Assembly (NCBI RefSeq): GCF_009914755.1
Contig: NC_060925.1
Direction: 5' to 3' (one strand)
Length of the DNA stretch: 64,000 nucleotides
Origin: the human T2T-CHM13v2.0 reference genome, Homo sapiens
In this document: positions 1 through 13,400 of the stretch, one piece after another
Position numbering within the stretch: the first letter of the stretch is position 1
Layout of the letters: each line of letters starts with the position of its first letter
Translations under genes and position numbers: made by a program
The notes under the pieces: generated by a model
The model's database searches: none
What the model saw: only the letters and a program-made list of their open reading frames with translations
Told to the model about the DNA's origin: nothing

Positions 1-1640
1 ACATCCACATGCAAAAAAGAATCTAGACACAGACCTTACACCCTTCACAAAAATGAACTCAAAGTGTATCAGAGACCTCAATGTACAATGCAAAACTATA
101 AATTGCCAAACTTGGGTTTGGCAATGGCTTTTTAGATATAATACCAAAGGCACGACCCATGAAAGAAATAATTGATAAGCTGGACTACATTAAAATTAAA
201 ATTTTCTGCTCTGCAAAAGACACAGTAAAGAGAATGAAAAATGAAGCCACTGACTGGGACATATCTGATGATGGACTACTTTTTTTTTTGAAACAGGGTC
301 TTGCTCTGTTGCCCAGGCTGGTGTGCAGTGGTACAACCTTGGCTCACTGCAACCCCTGCCTCCTGGGTTCGAGTGATTCTCCTGTCTCAGCCTCCTGAGT
401 AGCTGGGATAAGAGGCGTCCACCACCACATCCGGCTAATTTTTGTATTTTTAGTAGAGACAGGGTTTCCCCATCTTGGCCAGGCTGGTCTTGAACTCCTG
501 ACCTCGAGTGATCTGTCTGCCTCGGCCTCCCAAAGTGCTGGGATTACCGTGAGCCACCACGCCCGGCCTGATGATGGACTATTATCCAACATATGCAAAC
601 CACTTTTAAAATTCAACAATAAGAAAACAAACAACCTTATTAAAAAGTGGGCCAAAGACCTTAACAGAATATATACAGATGGAAAATAAGCATATGAAGA
701 TACTCCATATTATATGTCATTGAGGAAATGTAAATTAAAACAACAACAAGATACCACTACACATCTGTTAGAATGGCCAAAATTCAGAACACTAGCAACA
801 CCAAAGGCTGGCAAGGATGCGGGGCAACAGGAGCCCTCATTCACTGCTGGTGAGAATGCAAAATAGTACAGCCACTTTGAAAGAAAAGTTTTTCAATTGC
901 TTATGAAATTAAACATACTCTTACACGCAAGTGCAATGGCACTCCTTCGTATTTACACAAAGGAGTTGAAAATATGTCCACACAAAAGCCTGCACATGGA
1001 TGTGTATAGCAGCTTTATTCATGGTTGCCCAAACATGGGAGAAATCAAGATATCCTTCAGTAGATGAGTGGATACACAAACTGGCTACATCCAGACAATG
1101 GAATATTATTCAGCACGTAAAAGAAATGAGCTATCAAGCCATGAAAAGATAAGGATAAAACTTAAGTGCCTATCACTAAGCGAATGAAGCCAATGTGAAA
1201 AGGCTACAGACTATATGATTTCAACTACTGACATTCTGGAAAAGGCATAACTATGGAGATAGTAAAAAAAAGCAGTGGCTTCCAGCGGGTGGAGGAGGGA
1301 GAGATGCATTGGTAAAAACACAGAGGATTTTTAGGGCAGTCAAATGATTCTGTATGATACTATTATAGTGAATACATGTCATTATACATTAGTCAAAGCC
1401 CACAGAATGTACACCACCAAGAATGAACCTTAATGTAAACTATGGACTTTGGATGATGATGATGTATCAGTATAAGTCCATTCATTGTAACAAATGTACC
1501 TCTCTGGTGGCAGATGTTGATAATGGAGGAGGCTATGCATGTGTGTGGGCAGGGGGTATATGGGAAATCTCCGTGCCTTCCACTCAGTTTTTGCTGTGAA
1601 CTTAAAACTGCTCCAAAAAATAAAATCTATTAAAAAGAAA
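1..1640 (+). mobile_element. L1 LINE 3' portion (ORF2 end + 3'UTR), L1MC1-like, interrupted by an Alu
   Basis: Contains L1 ORF2-end sequence (ATTGATAAGCTGGACTACATTAAAATTAAAA; translated [21 protein letters not shown]). Ends in an L1MC-type 3' end, GGAGGCTATGCATGTGTG...GGGAAATCTCCGTGCCTTCC...GTGAACTTAAAACTGCTCC, followed by an A-rich tail. Confidence 0.85.
280..568 (-). mobile_element. AluS, full length, antisense, inserted in the L1
   Basis: Poly-T followed by the Alu reverse complement ending GCCCGGCC. A 13-bp TSD TGATGATGGACTA sits at 266-278 and 569-581. Confidence 0.97.
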
Positions 1641-1784
1641 AAAGGGTAATGTTTTAACACGTGAACACACAACTGTGTCCCTTCCAGAGTACTCCAGCAT
1701 GCTTACAGTTTGTAACACTTAAGTGTGTACGCGTGTGCATCCACACAGGTGTGCATCGACATGCCGAGCACGTGCATAAAACAA

Positions 1785-3270
1785 GACAAGAAGAATTCGT
1801 ACCAAAAGTTAAGGGTGGTTTTCTCTGAGTGGTAGGCTCATGGGTAAATTTAATTTCCTTCTTTGTGTTTTTCTGTATTTTTAAAAAGTTCTGCAGTGAA
1901 CATGTGTTACATTTCTCATCAGAAAAGCCATCGTGATTGTGTGTATGTGTTTAAAGGGAAATAAATGATCAAAATACCATATGACCCAGTAATTCCATTT
2001 CTAGGAATATAAATTTAGAGAAAGTTGGAGATATATAAACACATTTATGGATAAGGTTTTTTACATAATATTGAAAAAAATAGAAACAGCTTAATGTCCA
2101 AAAGCAAGAGATTACTCAATATATTAAAACCCACCCATATGGCAGAACAACTTGTAGGCATTATCAATCAAAGCATAGGATGATACGGTACAGTGAATGA
2201 AATTGGATTCAAAATGTGGGAAGAATTTTACTCACATGATGCAAAGTGGGTACAGATGGGGCAGAAGAGGCCATGGGTTTTGCTGGGGCCAGATGAAGGG
2301 CACATGAGGATTCATTACGCTACTCTCTCTATGTGTGTATGGCAGACATTCTCCATAATAAAATATTCCTTAAAATCATGATATGAATAAGACAAAAATA
2401 ACAAATCATGTTGTTGCAATCAGAAAAGAGACACAATTAATACTACTTGCAGATGCTTATTATGGTTCTCTTAAAAACACAAGGGAATCAGGTGAAAACC
2501 TAGCAGAAAGTAAACAGAGAGCTCATCAAGAGGCCAGCATACAAATATAGAAAAACATATAGCCTCCCCACATAGCAGCAATAAACAGCAAGGAATTATA
2601 GGGGAAAAAAAGAGACCCTACTCACAAAAACAACAACAAAAAAAGAAAATACCTTACCATAAATGTGCAATTCCTATATCAAGAAAACTACAAAACTTTA
2701 CTAGAGGACATAAAAGAAGTCTTGAATAAATGGAGAGACATAACTTACTCCTTGGAAGGGATGGCTCAATATTGTAAAGATGTCATTTCTCCTCAGATTA
2801 ATTTATAAATTTAATGCAATTCCAATTAAAATCAAAAAGGACACACCAGAAGGACACACACTAAAATGTTAACAGAAGTTCTTTCTAGAAAGTAAAAAGA
2901 TAATGGATTGCTCTTGCTTGGTGCTTTTTTTTTTGTTTTCCAAGCCCTCTGCATTGAGATAGAGCTTTGGTAATAAGAAAAAAAAAACAAAGCTTTAGCG
3001 AAATGTTCTTAAAGAATACTTAATGGCATAGAAAATTTTCATCCTCTCCCTGCTCCCCAATGCTACAAAATAATATTACAGTATGATAATTATTTATCAA
3101 ACAAAAAGCATATTTACAGAAGAAAGACTGGAAGGATTTGTACCAAAATGTTACCAGTGAATATCTCTGGATAGAAGTTTATGGATAATTTTTATCTTGT
3201 TCTTTGTGTTTTCTTGATTTTTCCAAAATTATTTACAACAAGTATGTATTATTACTTCAAAATGTGAAAA
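1785..3270 (+). mobile_element. Cluster of old L1M (L1ME/L1MC4-like) fragments
   Basis: Three related 3'-end pieces (ACCAAAA(T)GTTA...TTTGTGTTTTTCT) at ~1790, ~2850 and ~3140. An ORF2 fragment lies at ~2680-2830 (AAAACTACAAAACTTTACTAGAGGACATAAAAGAAG...TTTAATGCAATTCCAATTAAAATC). Confidence 0.65.
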
Positions 3271-4055
3271 CAAACACACAAAAAACAAAAAAAGCCTGGA
3301 AAGAGGTCTGGTTATTACAGATCTGAAGAAAGATACCTCTACCCATCCCAAATGGGGATAAAAAGTCAGGGGACAAAGCCATCTCCATAGGGCTTCACAT
3401 CCTCTTCCTGGCCTCTCAGACCTTGGCAGGTGGGGAGGAGGGGAAAGAGAGGGGCCATCATCTCAACAAGGATGGTGACATGTCTCAGCCATTAAGACCT
3501 AAGTCCAAGGGATGGAGCCTCAGTCTTATCCTATATAAAACAGCTCCATTAATACCCACTAATCTCTGCCCTGTGCCACCCTGTCACTGGGCCCTGGGAT
3601 ACCAAAAGAAGTCAGCACCAGGCTCCTGCTTTCAAGGAATGCTGAACCCCGCAGGGCAGCCGAGAAGAACAGACAACTAGCACATGTGTGGTGCTCCACT
3701 CAGGTGCAATACCAGGGAGGTTCCCAATTCAGGTTTCAGTGACAGCCATGCTTCAGTCCCAAACCTAGCTCTATCCACTGGAGGAAGTTACTCAGACTCT
3801 CTGAGACTCAGTTTCTCCGAGACTCAGTTTCTCCACCTGCAAGATGGGGTACACATCTCAGAGGGCTGATTATTGTGAGGAAGACATAAAACAATGGAGC
3901 TACTGCATGGCACATGGCAAGGACTTAATACACAGTAGCTATCAAAGAAAGAGTGAAACAATGAGTGCTACTATACTATTTAGAAAACAGCAAATAAAAG
4001 CTACCATGCAATTTAGAAAAACAAAGTGAAGTGTGAGCTTCCACATTTTCTAGGG

Positions 4056-4606
4056 CAGGGTTGACAAACTTTGTCTGCAAAGGATCGGAGGGTAAATGTT
4101 TTAGATGATAAGTATTTTTGGCTTTGTGGACCAGATGGTTGTTGCAAGGACTCACTTCTGCCACTGTAGCACGCTGGCAGCCGCAGACAATGTGTCACAG
4201 TAGGCACAGTTGTGTTTCAATAAAACTTTATTTGCAAAAATACAGAATGAAGAGATGTTTCATGGGTACAAATATATAGCTTGGTAGAAGAAATAAGACC
4301 TAGTGTTTGACAGATCAGTGGGGTGACTATTAATGTAAGTTTACAATAACTTATTGTTTATTTCAAAATAGCTAGAGGAGAATAATTTGAAGGTTTTCAG
4401 CACAAAGAAAAGATAACTATGTAAGATGATGAATATCCTAAGTATGCTGACTTGATCTTTACAAATTATATGAATGTATTACTTTATCATATGTACCCCA
4501 AAACTCTGTACATCTATTATGTATCAATAAAAACATAAAATTAATTCAAAAAACAGGTGGTGAGTGGCTGGATTTGGCTATTGGGCTGTAGTCTCTACTT
4601 GTTCTG
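4056..4606 (+). mobile_element. MER58A (hAT-Charlie) split by an L1MA insertion
   Basis: CAGGGTTGACAAACTTT...CAATAAAACTTTATTTGCAAAAATACAG on the left. The element resumes at ~4547 (AAAAACAGGTGG...GCTGGATTTGGC...GGGCTGTAGT). Confidence 0.8.
4246..4546 (+). mobile_element. 5'-truncated L1MA-type 3' end
   Basis: ATGGGTACAAATATATAG...AGAAATAAGACCTAGTGTTTG...TTTCAAAATAGCTAGA...ATGTACCCC...TATTATGTATCAATAAAAA is typical of the L1MA 3'UTR. Confidence 0.85.
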
Positions 4607-5359
4607 GGGGTGGGCAGCGTTTATTTCAGAGGTGAGTGAGTGTTTCCTTAGGAAAAGCACCTCAGGGCCTGGGTAAAGAATTAAGACTATGACGGAACAA
4701 AATCATGATGCAAAAGAAACAAAGACAGGATGCTGGAGTTTTGAGTGGAGAAGATGTGAGACAAGGAGGAAGGCCTAAGAGAAAGGGAACAGAGATGAAG
4801 TGGACCCCAAAGGACAGAACCCAGGCCCAAAGGTGGGCGAGTCAAGTAAGAAATTCACCACAGCAGGAGGGGGCCATGCATTTTTCATACAGTGATGTCC
4901 GATGCTGGGTTTTAAGTTGAGCCTCCCTTCCTTCCAGGAGGCCCATCGTTAGAAAAGTCAGCTACAGAATACTGACACCAGCTCCTGCTGTTTGGAGGAA
5001 GGCGACAGAAGATGGGCATGGTCCAAAACAGAGTGAGTCAGGGCAGAGAAAGGACAAGAGGCGAGATGAGAGGAGACAGAAGACTCAGCAGAAGACACTG
5101 GAGCATGAGGTCATCAGGAGAAACAGGAAGCCCTAGAGCATCCTCAGAGACATGGTGGGTGAGAGGCTGCCCTTCCACCCCCAAACTCAGTACAAGGGTG
5201 GGAGGTGTTCTAATGAGTGTGTAAGGGCTAGGTGGCTGCAAAGGCTGAATATCATGGGACATCCAAGCAGCAAATATTGAGGGGCACCACAGAGGTTCAG
5301 AGAGTGGGTTCTAGGCACAGGCAGACCTCGATTTGAATTTTGGTTCCACTCACAGGCTA

Positions 5360-5742
5360 CCCCTTTCTCTAGGGAATTGTTCCCAGTGAGAGAGGCCCCC
5401 TTGCCCAGGAGGAGGGGTCACTCACCTGGGCCCCTGGAAGCAGCCTGCCATCAATAACCAACTAATAATGGGGCTCAAAAGACTGGGCGGTCCCTTGCTT
5501 CAGGGTGGGGACAATCTGCAGTATGACATATTCTTTGGAGCCCCTCCCCACACTCCCCACCTTGCATCAGGCAAAGGCTAGATCTTGGCAGAGGCACATC
5601 TCTGCCCAACTCCGTCCTCTTCCCAACCCTGCCTTATTCATTCCCCTACAGGGTTTTCCTGAAGAGCACTCTTCCCCTCTATAAACCCCATGCATCCGAA
5701 TCCCTGCCTCAGGCTCTGCTTCCAGGGGACCTGACCTAAGAC
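5360..5742 (+). mobile_element. LTR16-family (ERVL) solo LTR
   Basis: Family-typical end CATGCATCCGAATCCCTGCCTCAGGCTCTGCTTCCAGGGGACCTGACCTAAGACA. The 5' boundary is approximate. Confidence 0.65.
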
Positions 5743-6254
5743 AGGGGTGACATTACTGGGGGGCAGTGTCAACTGCACTACTTTAGTGTTGCTGGAGATG
5801 GGGAAGGGGACGCTGGACCTCATTAACTGCTAAATGGCCAAGGTTCTCCACTACCCTCTCCCTCCTGGGTCCTCCTGCTCCCTCTCCCTTCTAGAGAGCC
5901 TGTAGCTTTGGGAGCTCAGGCATCTGATTGTCCTGGGTTCTGATCCAAGCTCCACCCATGCAAGAAGGGCTGCTTTGGGTCTCAGCTTCTGGAGAGAGTT
6001 CCCTGCCCCGCTGGAGGCTGCCCCCCTTTCCACTGGCTCCTCTCCATTCTCTGCCTTCCCATACATTCCTCATGATCGTTATTTAAAGAGGCTAATAAGT
6101 AGGTTGGCACCATTGATTAACGCATAATCTTAATCATGATTGCATAGTGTAATTGGCATTAATTTGAAGAGCCAGTTCATTATGAAAATAATTGTCACTG
6201 CTTTCTGCTTTAATAAAATGGAGCAGAGACACTGAGGCGGCTAAGAAATGGGAT

Positions 6255-6257
<3 letters not shown>

Positions 6258-6287
<30 letters not shown>
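6258..6287 (+). repeat. (GT)15 microsatellite
   Basis: Perfect GT run read directly from the sequence. Confidence 0.97.
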
Positions 6288-6289
<2 letters not shown>

Positions 6290-6419
6290 GGAGGGGTGTG
6301 TAAGATGAGTCCCAGAAGACGTGAGCAGGGGTGGAACAGGGTGCAGCTGGAATATTTTCTTCAAACAAAACCTTGTGTGGAAGCCCAACGGGTAAAACAA
6401 ATAACAACAACCACAGCAG

Positions 6420-6590
6420 TAATAACAACTGACTGTGTTCCAGGGATGATGCTGCATGCCTTCCACTCACTACATTTAACACTCATGAGAACCTCTACAA
6501 CCCCATTAGAGAGGAAGTAACATTGCCTCAATTTACACAGGAGAAAATGGAAGTCCAGGGAAGTCAAGGATGTTGTTAAAACTACAAAGT
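6420..6590 (-). mobile_element. MIR fragment
   Basis: Degenerate MIR core TTTACACAGGAGAAAATGGAAGTCCAGGGAAGTCAAG. Confidence 0.6.
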
Positions 6591-6616
6591 GGCAAAATTC
6601 TCTTTGCAACCAAAGC

Positions 6617-7218
<602 letters not shown>

Positions 7219-8209
7219 TAACCCCTAACTGAGAGCCAGAGTTGGGGAGGAGGGGTAGAACTGGCTGTGTCAACTGCAACCAACTTCTTTCTTCATCTTT
7301 CTACTATGATATGTTGTTATATGTTTCGGGAAACATACTGAATACCCTAAGCATTAGTGCCTATATTTTTTAAATTGCTTTTTTTACCTCTAGAAACATG
7401 CCCAATGGTGGAATTCCTCTGCCTCCCAGGTGAGGATGCTATGATGGCCTGTGTCAAGCTGAATGTGACCTCCAAAACCAGGGGGAAGCTCCTTGCTTAA
7501 GCTTGGCCCTCTGACCTTATGACTGTTTAGGTGTCCTCTGGAACCCGTTGAGGTTTTTTCCTTTCTCTTCAATAACTCTGTGCTCTTAAATTTAGCCAAG
7601 CAGCCCAGCTGGCCTGGCCCAGAGTGCAGTGAGCCTGGGAGACTCAGGCAGGACTTAAGGCCTGCTGCCATTATGAAGAGTCCCAGAAGACATTCACGCT
7701 CCCAGCACCAGGCCCAGGCTCCATTTGTCCTCAGGGGCCTGAGCCCACTCTTTCTTTTCTAGACTGCTTTGTACTTTTTCTGAAGTTTCCAAGGTGTTGT
7801 GGAGATTAATTGAGACGTGGATCAGCGAGATTGTTGCTAACAGCCTCTTCTCAGGGCCCGCCTCCCTGTCTGTTCTGATCAGGGTTCTCTTTGCTTCCTG
7901 CCAGGGCCCCCGCAGCTCAGTGCAGCTGTGGGCTGGAAGATCCAGGCTCTGCTCTCTGCTGCGCCTTAGCCAGACCCCTGGGGGAACTGGTGGTGTCTCT
8001 GAACCTGCTTCTCAGGCACCTCTGTGCCCTCTCTCAGCAGCAGTGGTGGGGGGGCGGGGACAGGGACAAGTCAGTTGCTTCCCCTGCTGGACACAGCATG
8101 TGGTTTACAGAGGTGGAGCAGCACCCAGTGAAACGGTCCAGGGATGGGCTTTCTAATGTCCTGGGAGAGGAAAGGGAGACGAGGGATGTGTGTCCCCCTT
8201 CTTGTTCAT

Positions 8210-8450
8210 TCAGTTCTTCATTCATTCATATACTCATTAACTCATTCATTCCATAAGCAGGTAATTGGCTACAATCTGGAACAAGGCACTATGCTGGGCA
8301 CTAGGTGAGTCAGTGAGAGATTAGTTTCAGCCCCGTTCTTCAGGAACTCCTAGCTCAGAACAGGAGGTGAGTGGGGGGGCATAACTCAAAACGCTGTCAA
8401 GGTGAGAACGCTCCATGTGATAACCACGGACTAAACACTGGGGAGACTCA
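8210..8450 (-). mobile_element. L2 3' fragment
   Basis: TTCATTCATT tail plus AGGCACTATGCTGGGCACTAGG...CTTCAGGAACTCCTAG. Confidence 0.6.
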
Positions 8451-8739
8451 GAGGAGAGGGCATCTTGCGGACGTCTTCATGGGGGAGGCAGCACCTGACC
8501 TGCTCGGAGCTGAGCTGTGGAAGGAACACAGCAACCAGCAGGGGCACTGGCCTTGGATAGATTATCACAGTGAGGAGGACCTGTACAGACCCACTGGGGA
8601 GAGAGGGAGGGAGGGGGTGGCCAGAGGGGAGCTGCGTGGTTGGCTTTTCTAGGATTGGTCAATAATAAACTGAGGGAGGGAGGTGGGGGTCTGGGAGAGG
8701 GTGCATCCAACATGACCCCAGTGTTTGAATGAGGATGAG

Positions 8740-8940
8740 GTTCAGCTAAGCATGTGGGCTCTGCAGCCAGAAGGCACCACTTCCCAGCTACGTCACCTTG
8801 GGCAAGTCCCTTTACTGCTCTGTGTCTCTGTTTCATCATCTGAAACAGAGATATTAATAGTGTTTACAACATAGGGGTATTTTGAGGCTTAAATGGCATA
8901 AATCACCTAAAGCACATTGTATGCCTTTGATAAGAATAAG
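8740..8940 (+). mobile_element. MIR
   Basis: CACCTTGGGCAAGTC...CTCTGTGTCTCTGTTTCATCATCTGAAA...TTTGAGGCTTAAATG. Confidence 0.75.
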
Positions 8941-9679
8941 AAATTATTATGAGGTGATAGGAAGGCTGGAGGGCCTTCAACGGAGCTGTAGGCAGGCATC
9001 CAGAGAAGGGGCAGATCTGAGCAGAGGATGTGCACTTCCCTGGGGTCCCAGGGGGACTCCTGATTGAGTTCCGGGGCCTGGTGGCAGTTGTTTTAATTGA
9101 TCTAGTGCTATGAGGAGCTTTGTCTGTACAACTCAGGGACATGCAAGTCAAATATTGCAGAATCGACCGTGTTGGGAGGATGGCTGGAGGCTCTTGTGCT
9201 GCCCAGAGACCCTGATGAGGGATGGGCTGTCATCAGGCAGGAGGAGCAGGAGTACAATGTGGGCAGAGGACTGAGCGGGGGGCTGTGGAGGGGCCCTGTG
9301 AGCAGTGCCTGTCCTTGCTGGAGGGGACAAAGGAATGGAGATCTAGAGCCACCATGCGGGCCTCCCCCAGACACTGGCGGGGCTGTCCCACCTCCGCGGT
9401 CAGTCAGCAGAGCAATTCCACAGCCCCCTCTTCACGCACACCCACTGGCAGCAGAAAGGACAACTCCCTTAGCCTGGTGTTTGGGGCCCTTCCCCATCCA
9501 GCCCAGCCTCTCTTCAGCGTCCACTCTTCCAGGCAGGGTGTCCTCACCCCATGCTGTTTCTCACCACTCCCTTCACGCACACCTTCCTCTGCGTCTCGCT
9601 TTTCCTTCTTTCTCTGGGTTTCGTCCTGGGTCACGCTTTTCTCTTCTGAGCCTTGTGCAACAGACATGATCCTCGTCCC

Positions 9680-10090
9680 CTGATCCCAACCCCAGAGGCC
9701 ACTGCAGACACTTCCTCTGCATGCCCTCAGCTTCCACGATCTCTGATACTCTCTGGCAAAGGCGCGGATTTGGCCAGCACATGGGACAGGCTAGGGAGGC
9801 CTGGGAGCTGGTGGATAAACGTCCAGCTTCCTCGCCCCTTGCAGGCACCGTTGGGATGCAGATTCTATGCAGTTTCTCAATAGGCCCCAGCAGAACAGAA
9901 CCCCCCTCCTCCCCCCTCTGCTGCCCACAGTGTAACCCACCTGCCTGCACACCCTTGCTTGGCTCCCCTGCTTACCGGTCTCTCTTCCCTGCTCCCTCAT
10001 GGTCCTGATTCCTGGAGCCGCCTCCCAGATAAACTATTTACACCCTAGCCCTCCTCGCAGGGCTTGCATTTGGGGGTCCTTGACTAAGAG
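9680..10090 (+). mobile_element. LTR16A-like solo LTR
   Basis: TTCTATGCAGTTTCTC...CCCCAGCAG...GCCCACAGTGTAACC...CCTCCCAGATAAACTATTTACACC...GACTAAGA matches the recalled LTR16A 3' half. Confidence 0.7.
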
Positions 10091-11844
10091 CTTTCCTGAG
10101 CTCCCTATGCGTCCTCCTCCGTATCCTCACACATGGTGGGGGGCTGCGTTGTGCTGTGCTGAGTCCTGGGCCCCACTCTCCCCCTTCTCCATTAGGCTGA
10201 GGTCATCTAGAGGGTGAGGACACGCCTTTGTCATCCTGGCATCTCCTTCCCTCCCCCAGTGCCTGACACACTATCTAGCACAGATAGGATGTCAACATGT
10301 TTGTTAAATATATGTATATGTATGTGTGCCTAAAACACATATGCTGCTTGTTTTAAGAAGCTAATTTGAGTTCAGGACTTTGATATTTACGTGACAAATC
10401 AAAGAACACACAAATATCTCTCAGACCATCTGTAATGATTATGCACAGCCAGGAGGACACTAGCTCCTGCTGTTCTCAAGCCCTCCGCTACCCCAGCTCC
10501 AGCAGGGATCCGCTATTAGTAGGTAGGGAGACTGAGGCTGAGGGACCTTCAGTAGACACCCTGTCCCTTACAAGAGTGGATAGGGGCCATGTGCCTGGCA
10601 TGAGTAGGCAGCTGCACAGAGAGGGCCTGGCTCTCCCTGGATGGGGGCGTGTCCCACCACCATCCCAACTGGGCTCATCTCCAAACCCGGGCACCTGCTC
10701 CATAGCAATGCCAGGATCAGGGAGAGAACCCTGCCACCAGCAGCCCCTCTGTGCCAGCCTGCCCACCCACAGACCTGCCCTGAGAAAGCCAGAAGGCCCA
10801 ATCTAAGGTCACTCCAGAAATGAGAGTGGGCAGAGGCGAGGGTCAGGGGAGCAAGACCGGGAAAATTAGTGGAGGAGAACAGAAGCCCCCTGTTCTGCGT
10901 TATTACTTCCATCCTCGTCTGTTGTAAATATCAATTGCTATGCAGGTTAAATACTTATCCAGATGCCTTTTAGCTTAAAAGCAAGCTAATTGATCTCTGG
11001 AGATCCTGAATGAACAGTGAAGAAATTGCACTAATTATAGAATCAACTTCCACTCTCAATTTTGTTTTGTTTTGTTTCTTCTCTAACAATACTGCTGGAG
11101 TGACAGAAAGGGGCCTGGTGGAGCAGACACACAAAGCACACATCATTCTCATCAGGTGGCAACACCACGCCCCACAGCCCCACCCCCAATCACAGCAGGG
11201 CCTTTGGCTTTCTGGGAGGAGCTCTCCCAGGCAAACCTCTCCCAGAGGCATGACTCTAAGATGCTGAAAATATCACTGCCGTCCACCATCGGCCAGAATC
11301 CACTGAAGTCACCTGCCTTCAGCCCACCCATCCTGCAGGTTCTACCTTCCTCTCCCAAATCCCCACAACTCTCCCAAAACCAACACAAATGCTGCCAAAG
11401 CTACTCCTGCTCACATATTCTGACCTCCTCTGGGGTCTCAGCTCCTGACTTGTCACCGGCCACCTGGAATTAAAGGCACAGCACAGCTTTGTTCTTGGCA
11501 CAGCTCTGGTCCCTGTCTCTAGCTCCTTGTTTACCAGGGAGGTCCCACACTGCAGCCCCACGGTGCCGGGGCAGGTGTGGGAGCCTCAGCTTTCTCATCT
11601 AGCAACAGTAGAATGGGGCTGTATCCTTTCTCCCTCCCGCTTGGGAAGATGTGTCCTCTTGCTTCCTCTTCTCCCCTCAGCTCAGCTTTTGACTCCACTT
11701 ACTATGCTGCCTGGGGTAGAATGGAGAATGGACACCTCTGGCTTGGCTGGAGGGAAAATTGTGTCATTGCTATTTCAGTGGCCCCAGGAAACTGCAGTCA
11801 ATGTGCAGAGAAGCTAAAGTCTTCTTTAAGTTGAGGAAACTAGA

Positions 11845-12017
11845 AGTTGAACAAGGTTGAGCAGGTTTCTTTTCTGCAGGACTTCTCTGGGCATTTGCTC
11901 TGCTCACATGCAGAGCCTCTGAGAGGTGGGTAGCAACATTTCCCAAACTTACTTGACAACCGGGGAAACCTTTTCTGGCAGAGCATCTTACTGGAAACAC
12001 GCTTCTGGAAATCGCTG
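11845..12017 (+). mobile_element. MER103C-like DNA transposon fossil
   Basis: GTTGAACAAGGTTGAGCAGGTTTCTTTTCTGCAGGACTTCTC...CATTTCCCAAACTTACTTGAC. Confidence 0.65.
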
Positions 12018-12669
12018 TGTTACAGTGACTTGGGCAAAAGTTATTTATCCTGCCTCTGAGGTGTGAGCTATTTGAGGTCCAGGGCTAGATCCTCCACATC
12101 TCAGTCAGCCCCACACACTGGGCTCCCCAGCCCTGTGCACTAGAGACACACAAGAAGAATAAGAAAGTACAACGGTGAAACTATTTGATCTACTCAGCCC
12201 AACGGGCCCCACCAAATGATGGATTTTGCTTTTTAAAGATTGATTCTGAGGCATCAGTGACCGGTTGTTTTAACACAGCCTTGGAGGTGTGATTACTCCA
12301 CTAGACTCTCATTTATGCATGTGTATGCACCTGGGCAGGTGTGAGCACACATCTCACCTGGGCAGGGCACAACAGGAGGGAAGGCTGGGGAACCAATTCA
12401 TCAGCCTGGTGCTTTGTGCCTCTCCCTGAGGTAGTTGTTTCAAATAAGGGATTCTGACTTAATTATTATCATTAGCACATGAGGCTGCTTGGATCTTCAT
12501 AAGTTCGTGCAAAGGAATTCTGAGCGACCTTGTCCTTTATCAACACCCCAGAAAAAGATGTTCCTCCATTCAGCCCTTCCTTCACTCAACAAACACTCAG
12601 GGAGCACCCACCATGTGTCAAGTACTGGGCATACAGCAGATAAACAGTAGGGGAGACCTCTGCCACTGT

Positions 12670-12900
12670 GACACCTTGCTTGCTTTCTCAAAGTTCTTCA
12701 TGCAGCTTAATATCTATTTGCTGTCTTAAATATCTATTTGCTGTCTAGTGTACAGTCCACCTCTTCTCCCCACCCTCAGCACTTAGAAGTTCCTTGGGCC
12801 TGCAGATCTTATCAGCTTGTTCATCTCTTTCTCTCCAGTGCCTAGAACAAGACCTGGCACATAATTGGCATTCAATAAACATTTCTCAAATATAAATAAA
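12670..12900 (+). mobile_element. L2 3' end
   Basis: TCTCCAGTGCCTAGAACAAGACCTGGCACATAATTGGCATTCAATAAACATTT. Confidence 0.75.
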
Positions 12901-13008
12901 TATGCACAAACATACAAGTATAAACAAGCATGAAATGGCTAAACAGCAAAACTCCGGGGTGGGAACAAGTGGAAAGTGGTTTTTAACCAAAGCTGCTGCC
13001 TAGGGGAG

Positions 13009-13352
13009 GGATATGGTTTGGATGTGTCCCCACCCAAATCTCATCTTGAATCCCCATGTGATGTGGGAGGGACCTGGTGGGAGGTAATTGAATCATGGGG
13101 GCAGGTCTTTCCCGTGCTGTTTTCATGGTTGTGAATAAGTCTCACGAGATCTGATGGTTTTAATAAAGGGGAGTTTCCCTGAACAAGCTCTCTTCTCTTG
13201 TTTGCCACCATGTAAGACATGCCTTTCACCTTCCATCATGATTGTGAGGGCTCCCAGCCACATGGAACTGTAAGTGCATTAAACGTCTTTCTTCTGTAAA
13301 TTGCCCAGTCTTGGGTATGTCTTTATTGGCAACATGAAAATGGGCTAATTCA
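13009..13352 (+). mobile_element. THE1B 5' LTR
   Basis: GATATGGTTTGG.TGTGTCCCCACCCAAATCTCATCTTGAAT...GTAATTGAATCATGGGGGCAGGTCTTTCCC...CTAATTCA. Confidence 0.93.
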
Positions 13353-13400
13353 GTAAATTGGTACTGGGAGTGGTACGTTGCTGAAAAGATACCTGAAAAT

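Noticed and set aside
159-655. ORFs 159-398 and 344-655 (similarly 6799-7221, 23777-24094, 60241-60771, 60546-61118)
   Set aside because: They are translations of L1/Alu sequence with typical Alu-derived peptides.
12709-12746. Short tandem duplications (also ~3803-3834 and ~42980-43017)
   Set aside because: Ordinary 14-20-bp slippage duplications inside old repeats.
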